A stretch of DNA of 64,000 nucleotides from Bacteroidales bacterium (lineage in GTDB: Bacteria; Bacteroidota; Bacteroidia; Bacteroidales; UBA1715). Each line of letters starts with the position of its first letter. Position 1 is the stretch's first letter. Of the stretch, positions 1 through 10,824 are shown in pieces. The stretch lies in NCBI GenBank assembly GCA_017642535.1, contig JAGCOW010000048.1, positions 10,920-74,919 of the forward strand, written 5' to 3'. Both the position numbers and the translations under genes were made by a program. Under the pieces are notes generated by a model that saw only the letters and a list, made by a program, of their open reading frames with translations, ran no database searches and was not told the DNA's origin.

Positions 1-1229
1 GGAACTTTAATGCCTTCAGGAGTCTGATAATTTTCAATAATTGAAGCCACAATTCGAGGCAATGCCAACGCACTTCCGTTCAAGGTGTGAGCAAGCACAG
101 TCTTTTTCGTTGCTTCGTCTTTATATCTTAATTTTAATCGATTTGCTTGATATGTCTCAAAATTTGAAACAGAACTTACTTCCAACCAGCGTTTCTGACC
201 AGCCGAGAATACTTCAAAATCGTAAGTCAATGCCGAAGTGAAACTCATATCGCCACCACACAAACGAACAATTCTATATGGCAATTGCAATGCTTGTACC
301 AACGATTCCACATGAGCAACCATTTCGTCCAATGCTTGGTATGAACGAGCCGGATGTTCTATACGAACGATTTCCACCTTGTCGAATTGGTGAAGACGGT
401 TCAAACCACGCACGTCTTTTCCGTACGAACCTGCCTCACGACGGAAACATGGCGTATAAGCAGTACATTTAATCGGGAAATCGCTTTCCTTCACTATTAC
501 GTCACGGAAAATGTTAGTAACAGGAACTTCCGCAGTCGGAATCAGATATAAATTGTCAAGGCCAACGTAGTACATCTGACCTTCCTTGTCAGGCAACTGA
601 CCTGTTCCATAACCAGAAGCTTCGTTCACCATGATTGGTGGTTGATATTCCTTGTAACCAGCCGCGATTGCACGGTCAAGGAAGAACGAAATCAACGCAC
701 GTTGCAATTTTGCACCAACGCCCACATACACGGGGAATCCAGCACCAGTCAACTTGTTTCCGAGTTCGAAATCAATCAAATTGTATTTTTCAGCCAAATC
801 CCAGTGACATTGTAGATTGTCGTTTTCGGGAATCGTACCTCCCATTTTTACAACAACGTTGTCTTCAGCTGTTTTACCTTCGGGAACAATCTCAGCAGGA
901 ATATTTGGCAACAACACAAGCACTTTTTGCAATTCGGCAAGAGTGTTTGTCATTTCTTGATCCAAATTTTTAATGGATTCTTTCAAGACACCCGTCTTTT
1001 CTTTTGCCGCATTTGCTTCATCAACTTTCTTTTGAGCGAACAACGCACCAATTTCTTTTGACAAAGCATTTATCTCTGCTTGTTTTGCATTCAATTCTTG
1101 TTGAATTGACACACGTTTTTCATCTAAGGAAATTATTTTTTCGACTGCCTCTTTTGCGTCGAAGTGCTTGATAGCAAGTCTTTTAACTACAAATTCGGGA
1201 TTTTCCCGAATCAATTGAAGTGTAAGCAT
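1..1229 (-). CDS. serS: Serine--tRNA ligase (3' end runs off the window)
   Basis: Hand-translated ends: starts MLTLQLIRENPEFVVKRL and ends in the same frame with PRIVASIIENYQTPEGIKVP, the typical SerRS C-terminal motif; not in the ORF track because no stop lies in the window. Confidence 0.93.
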   Translation of the reverse strand, partial: MLTLQLIRENPEFVVKRLAIKHFDAKEAVEKIISLDEKRVSIQQELNAKQAEINALSKEIGALFAQKKVDEANAAKEKTGVLKESIKNLDQEMTNTLAELQKVLVLLPNIPAEIVPEGKTAEDNVVVKMGGTIPENDNLQCHWDLAEKYNLIDFELGNKLTGAGFPVYVGVGAKLQRALISFFLDRAIAAGYKEYQPPIMVNEASGYGTGQLPDKEGQMYYVGLDNLYLIPTAEVPVTNIFRDVIVKESDFPIKCTAYTPCFRREAGSYGKDVRGLNRLHQFDKVEIVRIEHPARSYQALDEMVAHVESLVQALQLPYRIVRLCGGDMSFTSALTYDFEVFSAGQKRWLEVSSVSNFETYQANRLKLRYKDEATKKTVLAHTLNGSALALPRIVASIIENYQTPEGIKV

Positions 1230-1321
1230 TTTGATATATATATTTTTGTCGTTACAAATATATATAAAAATATCTATTCTTATAAAAATGTAAGGGCGAA
1301 TAATTATTCGCCCTCACCAAA

Positions 1322-2716
1322 TTAAATTATGTTCTTGACCAATTTGAATAAGCTATATGGCATATAACGGAACGGCAAGTCAAAACTCGTTGGCGTTGCT
1401 ATAACGGATCGTCGATGAGTAAATGCCTCAAAACTCTCCTTTCCATGATAATGTCCCATACCAGAATTTCCCACTCCGCCAAACGGCACATTGGGATTCA
1501 CAATGTGCATAATCGTATCGTTTATGCATGCTCCACCCGAAGAAGTATTTCCGATTGCCTTCCACGCATCTTTTTCTTTTCCAAAATAGTAAAACGCAAG
1601 TGGTTTCTCTCGTTTCGTCACAAAATCAGTAACTTGTTGTAAGAAAGACTGTTCTGGCGTTTCCGTTATGGTAATCACAGGAAACAATGGTCCAAAAATC
1701 TCTTCCGTCATAATTTTCGAATCAACGGAAACATTGTCCAACAATGTTGGTTCAATAAAACGTGTCTCTGCATTCGTTCTTCCACCACAAAGGATAGTAC
1801 CTTCTTGCAGATAGCTTGTGACACGGGCAAACGCCTTGTCGCTAACGATACGAACGTAATGTTTGCTTTCTTCAATATTGTCACCGTACAATTCCTTCAA
1901 ACTCTTTTGAAATGCAGTGACAAAGGCATCTTTCACTTCGGAATGAATAAGAATATAATCGGGTGCGATGCACGTCTGACCCGAATTCAATGCCTTGCCC
2001 CACGCTATTCGTTTCGCCGCTACGGCAATATCGGCCGACTTGTCAATAATACACGGCGATTTTCCTCCAAGCTCCAACACAAGTGGTGTCAGATTTTCGG
2101 CGGCTGCCTTCATCACCGTGCGTGCCAAAGCAGGACTACCAGTGAAGAAAATCAAGTCGAATTTTTGTTGGAACAAATAGCCGTTCACATCTCTATTCCC
2201 TTGTACAACAGCAATATAGTTTTCTTCAAACGTGTCTTGTATCATATGCTCTATCACTTCGGAAACATGAGGCACGTATGGAGACGGTTTCAATACGGCA
2301 GTACAACCTGCCGAAATAGCTCCCACAAGCGGATTCAACAGCAATTGAACTGGGTAATTCCAAGGAGAGACAATCAATGTCGTACCAAGTGGTTCTTTTA
2401 CAATATAACTACTTGAACCAAAGATTGTTAATGGTGTTCTACGACGTTCTTTCTTCGCCCACGACTTCACCGATTTAATATGGTCACGAATCTCGCCTTT
2501 CACCAATGAGATTTCGGTCAAATATGCTTCCTCGTACGATTTATGTAAATCCGTCCAAAGTGCGTCAGCCAACGGTTTCTCCCATTTTTCAAGAGCTGAT
2601 TTCAGTTTTTTCAAACTTGCGATTCTATACGCAACAGACTTGGTATTGCCTTCGTGAAAGAATTGTCGTTGCTGTGCTAAAATAGCGTCAATTCTGATAT
2701 TTGCCGTATTTTCCAT
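1322..2716 (-). CDS. Aldehyde dehydrogenase (ALDH3/CALDH-like)
   Basis: PWNYP, FTGS, LELGGKSP, GQTCIAPDY, EEIFGP, PFGGVGNSG motifs; likely start MENTAN at 2716. Confidence 0.93.
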   Translation of the reverse strand: MENTANIRIDAILAQQRQFFHEGNTKSVAYRIASLKKLKSALEKWEKPLADALWTDLHKSYEEAYLTEISLVKGEIRDHIKSVKSWAKKERRRTPLTIFGSSSYIVKEPLGTTLIVSPWNYPVQLLLNPLVGAISAGCTAVLKPSPYVPHVSEVIEHMIQDTFEENYIAVVQGNRDVNGYLFQQKFDLIFFTGSPALARTVMKAAAENLTPLVLELGGKSPCIIDKSADIAVAAKRIAWGKALNSGQTCIAPDYILIHSEVKDAFVTAFQKSLKELYGDNIEESKHYVRIVSDKAFARVTSYLQEGTILCGGRTNAETRFIEPTLLDNVSVDSKIMTEEIFGPLFPVITITETPEQSFLQQVTDFVTKREKPLAFYYFGKEKDAWKAIGNTSSGGACINDTIMHIVNPNVPFGGVGNSGMGHYHGKESFEAFTHRRSVIATPTSFDLPFRYMPYSLFKLVKNII

Positions 2717-2717
2717 A

Positions 2718-3524
2718 TTATTTTCTTCCTGTAAAATGATCCATTGTATGATAAATTCCGAACACTTCGCCGAAAAACCAGTCAAAAACCTTGGTTGGAA
2801 GCAAACCTTCCATCAATCGAATGAAGTGGAAACTCCACGGAATGCCTTTAAAATCCACATTTTTCTCAATCGCCTTAATAATCTTCTTTGATGTTTTTTC
2901 AGGTTCAAGTATAGGGAAAATCTTTGACGAAACACCATCAAACATTCCTGTATTGATATAGTACGGAGCAACCGTGGTTACGTGTACATTGGATTTCATC
3001 TTCTGCAACTCTATTCTCACCGAATCGGACCAACCGATCACCGCCCATTTGCTTGCCGCATACACGCTCATATTTGGATTCGAGAGCATTCCCGCTGCCG
3101 AAGCTATGGTGCAAATATGACCTTTGTCGCGTGAAAGCATACTTGGCAAAAACGCGTGAGCCACATACATCGGTGCAATCGCATTGATAGTCATAGTACG
3201 GTCAATGTCGGTAACCGTATTTTTGTCAAATGTCTTGTTGCTTGTAACAACACCTGCACATTGAATCACAATATCAACATTGCCACATTCCTTGGTAACA
3301 GTTTCAAACGCAGCCATCACAGCATCGTGCGATGACACATCGACTTTATATCCAGCAACCTTACCTAATTTGCTATGTTCTGCGACAACAGCATTGATAT
3401 TCGCTTCGTTTATGTCCCAAATAATCAATTGTTCAGCACCTTTTTCGAGTGCCATTCTACCCATAATTTTCCCAATACCCGACGCTCCGCCAGTAATGAG
3501 AACCGTATTTCCTTTACATTTCAT
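2718..3524 (-). CDS. SDR family oxidoreductase
   Basis: TGGASGIG Rossmann motif and YAASK catalytic motif. Confidence 0.92.
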   Translation of the reverse strand: MKCKGNTVLITGGASGIGKIMGRMALEKGAEQLIIWDINEANINAVVAEHSKLGKVAGYKVDVSSHDAVMAAFETVTKECGNVDIVIQCAGVVTSNKTFDKNTVTDIDRTMTINAIAPMYVAHAFLPSMLSRDKGHICTIASAAGMLSNPNMSVYAASKWAVIGWSDSVRIELQKMKSNVHVTTVAPYYINTGMFDGVSSKIFPILEPEKTSKKIIKAIEKNVDFKGIPWSFHFIRLMEGLLPTKVFDWFFGEVFGIYHTMDHFTGRK

Positions 3525-3699
3525 TGTATCTGCTTTTAAATTGCGACACAAAAATATACGTACCAATCCACATCATCGTTCAAAAAGTGATAATTGACCA
3601 CCCTTTTGGGGTGAAAAATCCAAAAACAAGACGTAAAATTCCGTTTTATGTGGTGAAATTTTTGAATAGAAAGATATAAAAAGGGGTAAAAAACGCTTT

Positions 3700-4869
3700 T
3701 TATTCCAAAATCAACGACAAGGCAATTCCCAAATATGTTCCCACTGCATATCCAACCAAACCGATAGCCAATCCACTGACCAAAACTTTTTTGTTGCCCA
3801 TAGCACCCACAACGGGCGGAATAAATGGCGGAGAACAAAGCAATCCTATATTTGCCACTACGAACAAATCTCCTTCAACCTTTGCTAACCGACAAAACAA
3901 CAAATGAAGCGTTGTGGCGACAATCAACACCAACAATACAAATTCTATCAAAATAATTGCCGATGACTGCAAGGTGTAGAAATTGAACTGCGAAGCCACG
4001 ACAATGCTGAACATCAGTATCAGAATCATACCCAATTCGAATGTTTTGGGAATAGCACGTATTTTTTCAGAAAACGAAGCAACAATTGCCATCGTGGTAA
4101 CCGATAGGATGATAATCATTTCGTTCAATGCACCCGCCACAAGCAAAGAAATCCCTGCCGCAGCGGCAACGAAAATAATCGCTAATCCCAATCCAATCAA
4201 GGTTTTAGGGAATGTTTCACGACGAAGCATTCCATCATAATTTTCCACATCGGTAATCGCCACTGCAACATCGGCACCAGCGTTCAAGTCCTTTTCCTTG
4301 AAAGGGAGCAAACGACGAAACAAACAAAAACCGCCACCTACAATGAACACAATCAATGGAAAAGTTACAAGCATTTCTATGGTAAGCAGACTTGTCATAA
4401 TGGTAGAGTCCACGTGCAAAGCAGTGCCAAGGGCGGCAAAGTTCATAGTTCCGCCTGTGTAAATGCCTATCATCAAAGCCGAGAGATTCGAGAAGTTGTC
4501 AATGCCACTATTGCGGAAAGTAAAATAACCCACGATTACGGCAATCACAACGGAAACTAAACCACCAATCAAAACGACAATAGTTTTGGGCAAGGAATGA
4601 GCCCAAAGACGAAAATCGCAACTTAACAGCATCAAAGGAATTGCCAAAGGAACCGTAACGTTCATAAACCATTTTTGTATGGCAAGCATTGTCGCCGCAT
4701 CGTTACTGCCACTTTCAAATACTGATACTCCCGAAAGAGAAAGTACTATGCCCACCGCATAGGCAATAATGACAGAACCCACTTTTTGTACCCACTTCCA
4801 TTTTTGAAATGCCATTGCAATCAAAATAGGGAACAATATATATATCGCTGTTATAAAACTGATACGCAT
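3700..4869 (-). CDS. DUF819 family membrane protein
   Basis: Multi-TM protein with AIPLMLL and YTGGTMNFAA motifs; start placed at MRISF, just downstream of a TATCTTTGC box. Confidence 0.8.
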   Translation of the reverse strand: MRISFITAIYILFPILIAMAFQKWKWVQKVGSVIIAYAVGIVLSLSGVSVFESGSNDAATMLAIQKWFMNVTVPLAIPLMLLSCDFRLWAHSLPKTIVVLIGGLVSVVIAVIVGYFTFRNSGIDNFSNLSALMIGIYTGGTMNFAALGTALHVDSTIMTSLLTIEMLVTFPLIVFIVGGGFCLFRRLLPFKEKDLNAGADVAVAITDVENYDGMLRRETFPKTLIGLGLAIIFVAAAAGISLLVAGALNEMIIILSVTTMAIVASFSEKIRAIPKTFELGMILILMFSIVVASQFNFYTLQSSAIILIEFVLLVLIVATTLHLLFCRLAKVEGDLFVVANIGLLCSPPFIPPVVGAMGNKKVLVSGLAIGLVGYAVGTYLGIALSLILE

Positions 4870-4886
4870 ACTATTTGTCTCACTTT

Positions 4887-4895
4887 GCAAAGATA
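4887..4895 (-). promoter_or_regulatory. Bacteroidetes -7 promoter box (TATCTTTGC)
   Basis: Matches TAnnTTTG consensus about 18 nt upstream of the ATG at 4869. Confidence 0.55.
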
Positions 4896-4925
4896 TAAAA
4901 GATATTGTTGATGTTATCCCCTTTT

Positions 4926-5180
4926 TTACCTCACCTCAACCTTCTCCGGTTTTTTGTTTTTGTCGTATGTCAGGTATGGGTCTTCACTTTTACGTTGTAC
5001 GTTATATACATTGCCATGACGTATCGAATAGTGTAATGTATCATTGCAAGAATTATTACAATCGTCACAAGACGATACAGTAGTAGGTTTTGTCATTGTA
5101 ATCCATGTTCTATAAAAAGACCATTCGCTGTTACTTGGTGTCATACTCCAAAATTCGCCATCTTGATACAAATATAGCAA
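4926..5180 (-). CDS. Hypothetical protein or gene fragment
   Basis: 84-aa ORF with no recognised motif. Confidence 0.3.
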   Translation of the reverse strand: MLYLYQDGEFWSMTPSNSEWSFYRTWITMTKPTTVSSCDDCNNSCNDTLHYSIRHGNVYNVQRKSEDPYLTYDKNKKPEKVEVR

Positions 5181-5354
5181 AAAATCACTATGTGGTTTAG
5201 GGAAAATATCTTATATTGTTAAATGCCCTAATCTTGATTCTATCAATTGCTCATACGTCAGTTTCATTTCGTTGTTAACGAAACAAAATCTTACGTGTAA
5301 TGTAACTTTTTGATGATTAAACAGGTCTTATTTTAGAACCTAAAAAATACTGAT

Positions 5355-7685
5355 ATGAGAACCTATGCCTTATTTTTAGCAGCATTGTTGGTGAGAACAG
5401 CAAGTTTGTTTGCACAAACCAACTACACATGTACATTTTCTGCCAATGTGGCAATGGATAGTGTCAAGATAAAAAACATCGCTTCAAACGAAACTAAAAT
5501 ATTACACTACCCCGACAATATCATTACATTACAGAAATTTGAAAAGACAACAGTGCCTGTGGTGAAAAACACCATGCAAACAAGAAAAATTGCCAATGAC
5601 AAGGTAGCGATAAACGTGGGAAAAACAACGCAATTAAACGTAATAATGTTTTCTATCGACGGAACTGTTGTTACACGTTACACAAACTATATGAACGCTG
5701 GACAATACGTATTCCAGATTGGCGCATCTGCAGGAGTATACGTAGTTATGTTTTCTACCGATGAACAAACAGCTTCTGTAAAACTTTCGTTGCAAGAAAA
5801 CACATCAACTGGTATTTTTGAGATAGAAAACAACGAGCAAATACCGTTTTTGAAATCTGCTGATGATATTATCACGTTTTACGAAGGTGATGAGTTCGAG
5901 TTTACGGGATATTATAAAAAGCAGACAGAGATAAAATCGTGTACAATTGCAGAGGACAAAGAAATAATTTTTGATTTTGGTACGGTTGAGATTGAAAATG
6001 GGGCAATAAAAGCGGCTTTTTCCATTTCGGCAAATAATCAGGTGTACTTTAGTCAAGGAAACCTCCAATATCAAGCAACTACAAATACGTGGCGCTTTGC
6101 CGAGCATCAATGGGATTTCATAGGAACTCACTCTGTCACCACTGATGATCCAAGATATGGGGGAACAGTGGAAGGGAGCGACAATTTAATGGTTTCTCCA
6201 ATATATAATGGTTGGATAGATTTGTTTTGTTGGGGCACAAGTGGTTGGTATAGTGGTGCAAACCAATATAAACCATGGGCAAGCTGTCGCAATAATCCGA
6301 AAGATTTTAATGTTGGTGGAACAATTTGTAATAGTTTAACTGGCGCATACGCAAAAGCAGATTGGGGATATTACAATGCTATTTCCAATGGAGGAAATTC
6401 AGCACGAATGTGGCGTACACTTACTAAAGCCGAACTGACATATTTAATTAAGGAAAGACCTAATGCCTCAAAATTACGTGGCGAGGCAACAGTAAACGAA
6501 GTGAATGGGATAGTTATTTTACCTGACAATTGGATCACACCTTCTAATATTACGTTTAATCCAGATTATGGATACGACAAGAACACCTATACTGTATCAG
6601 AATGGGCAAGAATGGAGGCAAACGGAGCTGTTTTCTTGCCATCTTCAGCAGATCGCGATCATGGTGTTCGGGAAACAGTTGATAAATATGGAATCTATTG
6701 GCTTTCAACAAGAGATGGACGCTATGATTTTGGTAATTCATATGCGTTTTATTTTGACCGTAACCATATTTACGACTGTTATAGTATTTTCCGTTGTCTT
6801 GGGGCTGCGGTACGGGTTGTGCAAGATGTGGACTTAACTGAAAGTCATACCTCCGGGGAAAGTTATGAAAATGAAATTCAAACTGTAACCATTGAAAATG
6901 GGGCAATAAAAGCCTACTTTACTGGTGAATACGGGAAAAAAATTTACTTTTCGAAAGGGAATTTGCAATATCAGGCAAGTACAAACACGTGGCGTTTTGC
7001 TGAACACCAGTATGACATTATTGGAGAAGATAACTCAAATATTTCCCCAACCTATGACGGTTGGATAGATTTGTTTGGTTGGGGGACAAGCGGTTGGAAT
7101 AGCGGCGCTAATTCATATTTACCTCATTCTACAAGCACCAACGAATCCGATTACTTTTCTGGTGACACATGCGATAACGACTTTACAGGAAAGTATGAAA
7201 ACGTGGACTGGGGAATATTCAACAATATTTCCAATGGAGGAAACACCATAGGAATGTGGCGTACGCCAACTTTCAGAGATTGGTGTTATATAATATATAA
7301 CAGGACGTATGCATCGTGTCTGCAAGGTGAAGCAACAATAAACGGCATCCCAGGACTCGTTCTATTACCAGACGATTGGACAATGCCTTCCGGTATGACG
7401 TTTAATTCAGGTTATGGATTCGATAAGAACACATATACTGTATCAGAATGGGCAAAAATGGAAGAGTATGGAGCAGTGTTTCTACCTGCCTCAGGTTCTC
7501 GCATAGGTACTAACCTTAGATTTGTTGATAATAAAGGTGTTTATTGGTCAGCGTCAGATTATGACCAATCAAAATTATTATACCATTATGTCTTTTCATT
7601 TTCTTTTGACAATAAAAGTGGTGATACTGACTACTCCTTACCTCATGTAGGGGCATCTGTTCGCCTTATTCAAGATGTAAAATGA
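5355..7685 (+). CDS. Secreted Bacteroidales protein with two tandem ~270-aa domains (probably FISUMP/C-type-lectin-like)
   Basis: Signal peptide; duplicated GNLQYQA..TWRFAEHQ..WIDLF.WGTSG..GAVFLP..YW..GA.VR.VQD; identical DNA attgaaaatggggcaataaaagc at 5991 and 6891. Confidence 0.7.
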   Translation: MRTYALFLAALLVRTASLFAQTNYTCTFSANVAMDSVKIKNIASNETKILHYPDNIITLQKFEKTTVPVVKNTMQTRKIANDKVAINVGKTTQLNVIMFSIDGTVVTRYTNYMNAGQYVFQIGASAGVYVVMFSTDEQTASVKLSLQENTSTGIFEIENNEQIPFLKSADDIITFYEGDEFEFTGYYKKQTEIKSCTIAEDKEIIFDFGTVEIENGAIKAAFSISANNQVYFSQGNLQYQATTNTWRFAEHQWDFIGTHSVTTDDPRYGGTVEGSDNLMVSPIYNGWIDLFCWGTSGWYSGANQYKPWASCRNNPKDFNVGGTICNSLTGAYAKADWGYYNAISNGGNSARMWRTLTKAELTYLIKERPNASKLRGEATVNEVNGIVILPDNWITPSNITFNPDYGYDKNTYTVSEWARMEANGAVFLPSSADRDHGVRETVDKYGIYWLSTRDGRYDFGNSYAFYFDRNHIYDCYSIFRCLGAAVRVVQDVDLTESHTSGESYENEIQTVTIENGAIKAYFTGEYGKKIYFSKGNLQYQASTNTWRFAEHQYDIIGEDNSNISPTYDGWIDLFGWGTSGWNSGANSYLPHSTSTNESDYFSGDTCDNDFTGKYENVDWGIFNNISNGGNTIGMWRTPTFRDWCYIIYNRTYASCLQGEATINGIPGLVLLPDDWTMPSGMTFNSGYGFDKNTYTVSEWAKMEEYGAVFLPASGSRIGTNLRFVDNKGVYWSASDYDQSKLLYHYVFSFSFDNKSGDTDYSLPHVGASVRLIQDVK

Positions 7686-7953
7686 CCTGATTTAAGCAAA
7701 TTGCTATTTAAAATTCTTTACTATTTATTGTCTGTTTGCAGCTCCAATTCATATTCTTCCGCATTGAAATATACGACTTCTCTGTCGGAATATATTTTGT
7801 TACTATGCAATACGAGGGAAAAATGTTGATAGTAGAGATACACATCTTTTCTACGATTCTTTCCCCGAAAAAAAGAACAAAAAAATATTCCGATTTTACA
7901 GATTGGGCTTTTTTTTCTATATTTGAAAGTTTCAAAAATATATTGTTATTATT

Positions 7954-9594
7954 ATGAAATTATTTTATCAATTCCTAGCAGCACTTATTTTTTGTGGAAC
8001 TTTCTCGTTGTTTTCGGAAGCACAAAGCATTACATACGGAAGTGGCTATTCCGGACCATTATGTGGCGAAACAGGAAACGGAACTGGTGCTTACTACACA
8101 GGAGAATATCGAAACTTGTTTGTCGAAATTTTAGGAAAGTCGGAAAAACAAGTTCAAAACAAAATCAACAAAATCTGGGAGCATTTTTTCACCGTAGGTT
8201 CTTCATCGGCGGTCTATTACGAGGACGAACGAGACCACAACATGGCATATATTTATGATGTTGGCAACAAGGATGTGCGTACCGAAGGACAATCGTACGG
8301 AATGATGATTGCCGTGCAACTTGACCACAAAACTGAATTTGACAAACTCTGGCGATGGGCAAAAAAATATATGCAACATCAAAGTGGCGTTTGGGAAGGA
8401 TATTTTGCGTGGCAATGTAAAACCGACGGTTCAAAAATAGATGTTGGTTGTGCACCCGACGGCGAAGAATACTTTATCACAGCTTTGTTGTTGGCTTCAA
8501 ACCGATGGGGCAACGACGGCGACATTGATTATAATGCCGAGGCACAATACATTTTGAAAAGCATTAGAAACAAAGTAGGCAATGGCAGCGTTTACAATAT
8601 GTACAACAGTGACAACCACATGGTTGTTTTTTCTCCTCTGGGTGAAAATATAAAGTTCAGCGACCCGTCGTACTGTTTGCCTGGTTTTATGGAACTATGG
8701 GCTCGTTGGGCTGAAACCGACAATGAATTCTGGTACGAAGCGGCAGAAGCGTCACGTGAGCTTTTACGATTGTCCTGCCACAACGAATCAGGATTGTTCC
8801 CCGAATATAGCTTATTTGACGGAACACCATATCGCCCCAGTTGGCAACAATATGACACAAAACAATTCAAATTCGACGCTATTCGTTGTGCATTGAACGT
8901 GGGCATGGATTACAACTGGTTTCGTACCGACAGCGTAAATCAAGTGGCAATGATGACCCGTCTGCTCAAGTTTTTTGAAAAAGACGAAATGCAACATGGA
9001 TATTTTGACTGGAACGGAGACAATCCTTCGGGACCGTATAATGAAGGACTTGCAGGGACAAACGGCGTTGCTTGTTTTGCCGTTGACGACACAGAACTGA
9101 CAAAACAATTTCTTCAAAAACTTTGGTTTACAACTCCTCCAACAGGGGAATGGCGTTATTTCAACGGCATGGTGTATTTCCTTTCAATGCTCAATATCTC
9201 GGGAAATTTCAGAATTTACAAACCTACTACGGGAATGGAAATAATTGACACAACCGTCAACGATACATATAATAATGTAATCTATACGAAATCGACGGAA
9301 TTTTCATACAACGAAGGATGTAAAATCTATCACGTCCACGTGAATGTAAAAACAAACCTTGCTCCCACATCAGACTGTGGAACAATTTTATACCCCAACC
9401 CGGCAGAAAAAACGACAACAATAGCAACCAACAAGGAAATATCGTCGGTTAAAGTTAGAAATACCATAGGAAAAATCGTAACAACCTCAACGACCAAAAG
9501 CATTGACGTGGCAAATCTGCCCAAAGGCACATACTTAGTCACAATACAATTCCTTGACAAAAGCAGAGAAATTGTGGAATTGGCAATCAATTAA
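7954..9594 (+). CDS. Glycoside hydrolase family 8 (xylanase/Rex-like) with T9SS C-terminal domain
   Basis: DVRTEGQSYGM, APDGEEYF, DPSY, FDAIR motifs; C-terminal LYPNPA...LPKGTYLV sorting domain. Confidence 0.88.
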   Translation: MKLFYQFLAALIFCGTFSLFSEAQSITYGSGYSGPLCGETGNGTGAYYTGEYRNLFVEILGKSEKQVQNKINKIWEHFFTVGSSSAVYYEDERDHNMAYIYDVGNKDVRTEGQSYGMMIAVQLDHKTEFDKLWRWAKKYMQHQSGVWEGYFAWQCKTDGSKIDVGCAPDGEEYFITALLLASNRWGNDGDIDYNAEAQYILKSIRNKVGNGSVYNMYNSDNHMVVFSPLGENIKFSDPSYCLPGFMELWARWAETDNEFWYEAAEASRELLRLSCHNESGLFPEYSLFDGTPYRPSWQQYDTKQFKFDAIRCALNVGMDYNWFRTDSVNQVAMMTRLLKFFEKDEMQHGYFDWNGDNPSGPYNEGLAGTNGVACFAVDDTELTKQFLQKLWFTTPPTGEWRYFNGMVYFLSMLNISGNFRIYKPTTGMEIIDTTVNDTYNNVIYTKSTEFSYNEGCKIYHVHVNVKTNLAPTSDCGTILYPNPAEKTTTIATNKEISSVKVRNTIGKIVTTSTTKSIDVANLPKGTYLVTIQFLDKSREIVELAIN

Positions 9595-9697
9595 ATCTAT
9601 AAAAAACGAATGTTCGTCTATAAATGCAAATTTTGGCAAGATATATGAAATAATCAATTGCAATTAACGTTTTATCTATAAACTAAATTTTAATGTT

Positions 9698-10126
9698 ATG
9701 AATGTAAAAGATTTCTTAATTGGAGCTTGCACAGCGATAGTTGGAGCAGCTGTTGGGGTTGTACTTTGTTGCACACTCTGTTGTAAAAAATGTGATAAAC
9801 CTTGTGACAAACAAATGCCACCGTGTTCTACAGAACAAGTCCGTGGTCCACATCACGATTTTGACGGTCGCAAACATTTTGGGAAATGTGCAATGCAAAT
9901 GGCTGATGAACTCAATTTGAGCGATGAACAAAAAGCACAAATCAAAACATTTGCTGACACGCAAAAAGAAGAGTTGAAACAAATTCACAAAAAATTTGAC
10001 GAATCGTTCCAATCAATTTTGACAGACGAACAGAAAGCAAAATTCGAGGAATTGAAAGCTCAGAAAAAATGCCCGAAAGACAAGAAATGTCCAAAAGACA
10101 AACCTCAAGATGAGGAAGAAGATTAA
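9698..10126 (+). CDS. Membrane-anchored Spy/CpxP (LTxxQ)-like protein
   Basis: N-terminal TM helix; LNLSDEQK and ILTDEQK motifs. Confidence 0.65.
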   Translation: MNVKDFLIGACTAIVGAAVGVVLCCTLCCKKCDKPCDKQMPPCSTEQVRGPHHDFDGRKHFGKCAMQMADELNLSDEQKAQIKTFADTQKEELKQIHKKFDESFQSILTDEQKAKFEELKAQKKCPKDKKCPKDKPQDEEED

Positions 10127-10130
10127 ACCT

Positions 10131-10161
10131 AAAGGGCTGCCTAAAACGACAGCCCTTTTTT
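10131..10161. terminator. Bidirectional rho-independent terminator
   Basis: aaagggctg-N-cagcccttt hairpin with T run, between convergent genes. Confidence 0.8.
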
Positions 10162-10164
10162 GTA

Positions 10165-10824
10165 TCACAATTTTACCGCCCGCAACATTTCCCGCTTTCC
10201 TGGCGGACCATCGGTTCGTTCAACCGAATATCCAACAGATTGCAAAGTTCGACGAACATCGCCTTTGGCACAATAGGTTGTTAGAATACCATTATTATTT
10301 GTATGTTCAAATAAATAGGCAAATATCTCCCTTGACCACATCGATTCTTGTTTATTCGGAGCAAACGCATCAAAATAAATCACGTCAGCTATAGGAATTT
10401 CGGGTAACAAAGTCAAATCGGCACGAAGTTTCTGTAATGAAAACCACGGTGATATTTCCACCAAACTATCCCACTTTGCCGTATGCAGTTTTTCAAACAG
10501 AGCAACTGCACTCTCTCCTATCAAACTCGCATAATTCAGTTGAGAATATTCATCTGGTCCAAGTGGATATTTTTCTATGGAAACATAGGTAGTCTTTCGT
10601 TGAGATTTTTCTGTTTCCAAGGCCGTCAGCAAAGCGTTCAGACCAGTTCCAAATCCAACCTCAAACACCGTTGGTTGAGAAACCTGTGAAAACTGATATG
10701 CTTTTGAAATGTATATATGCAGTGCTTCTTGAATAGCCCCGTTCGTTGAATGATAATGTTCGTCCAGTTCTGGAATATAAATGGTATGAGAACCATCGAG
10801 CGTATATTGTAAGATATGCGTCAT
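10165..10824 (-). CDS. mnmD: tRNA mnm5s2U34 methyltransferase (MnmC methyltransferase domain)
   Basis: DGSHT..EHYHS, EVGFGTGLN, YFDAFAP, GPPGKREM motifs. Confidence 0.9.
   Translation of the reverse strand: MTHILQYTLDGSHTIYIPELDEHYHSTNGAIQEALHIYISKAYQFSQVSQPTVFEVGFGTGLNALLTALETEKSQRKTTYVSIEKYPLGPDEYSQLNYASLIGESAVALFEKLHTAKWDSLVEISPWFSLQKLRADLTLLPEIPIADVIYFDAFAPNKQESMWSREIFAYLFEHTNNNGILTTYCAKGDVRRTLQSVGYSVERTDGPPGKREMLRAVKL

Noticed and set aside
5355-7685. Host lectin-like tandem-domain protein as a trans DGR target
   Set aside because: I found no nucleotide similarity to the TR at either domain end
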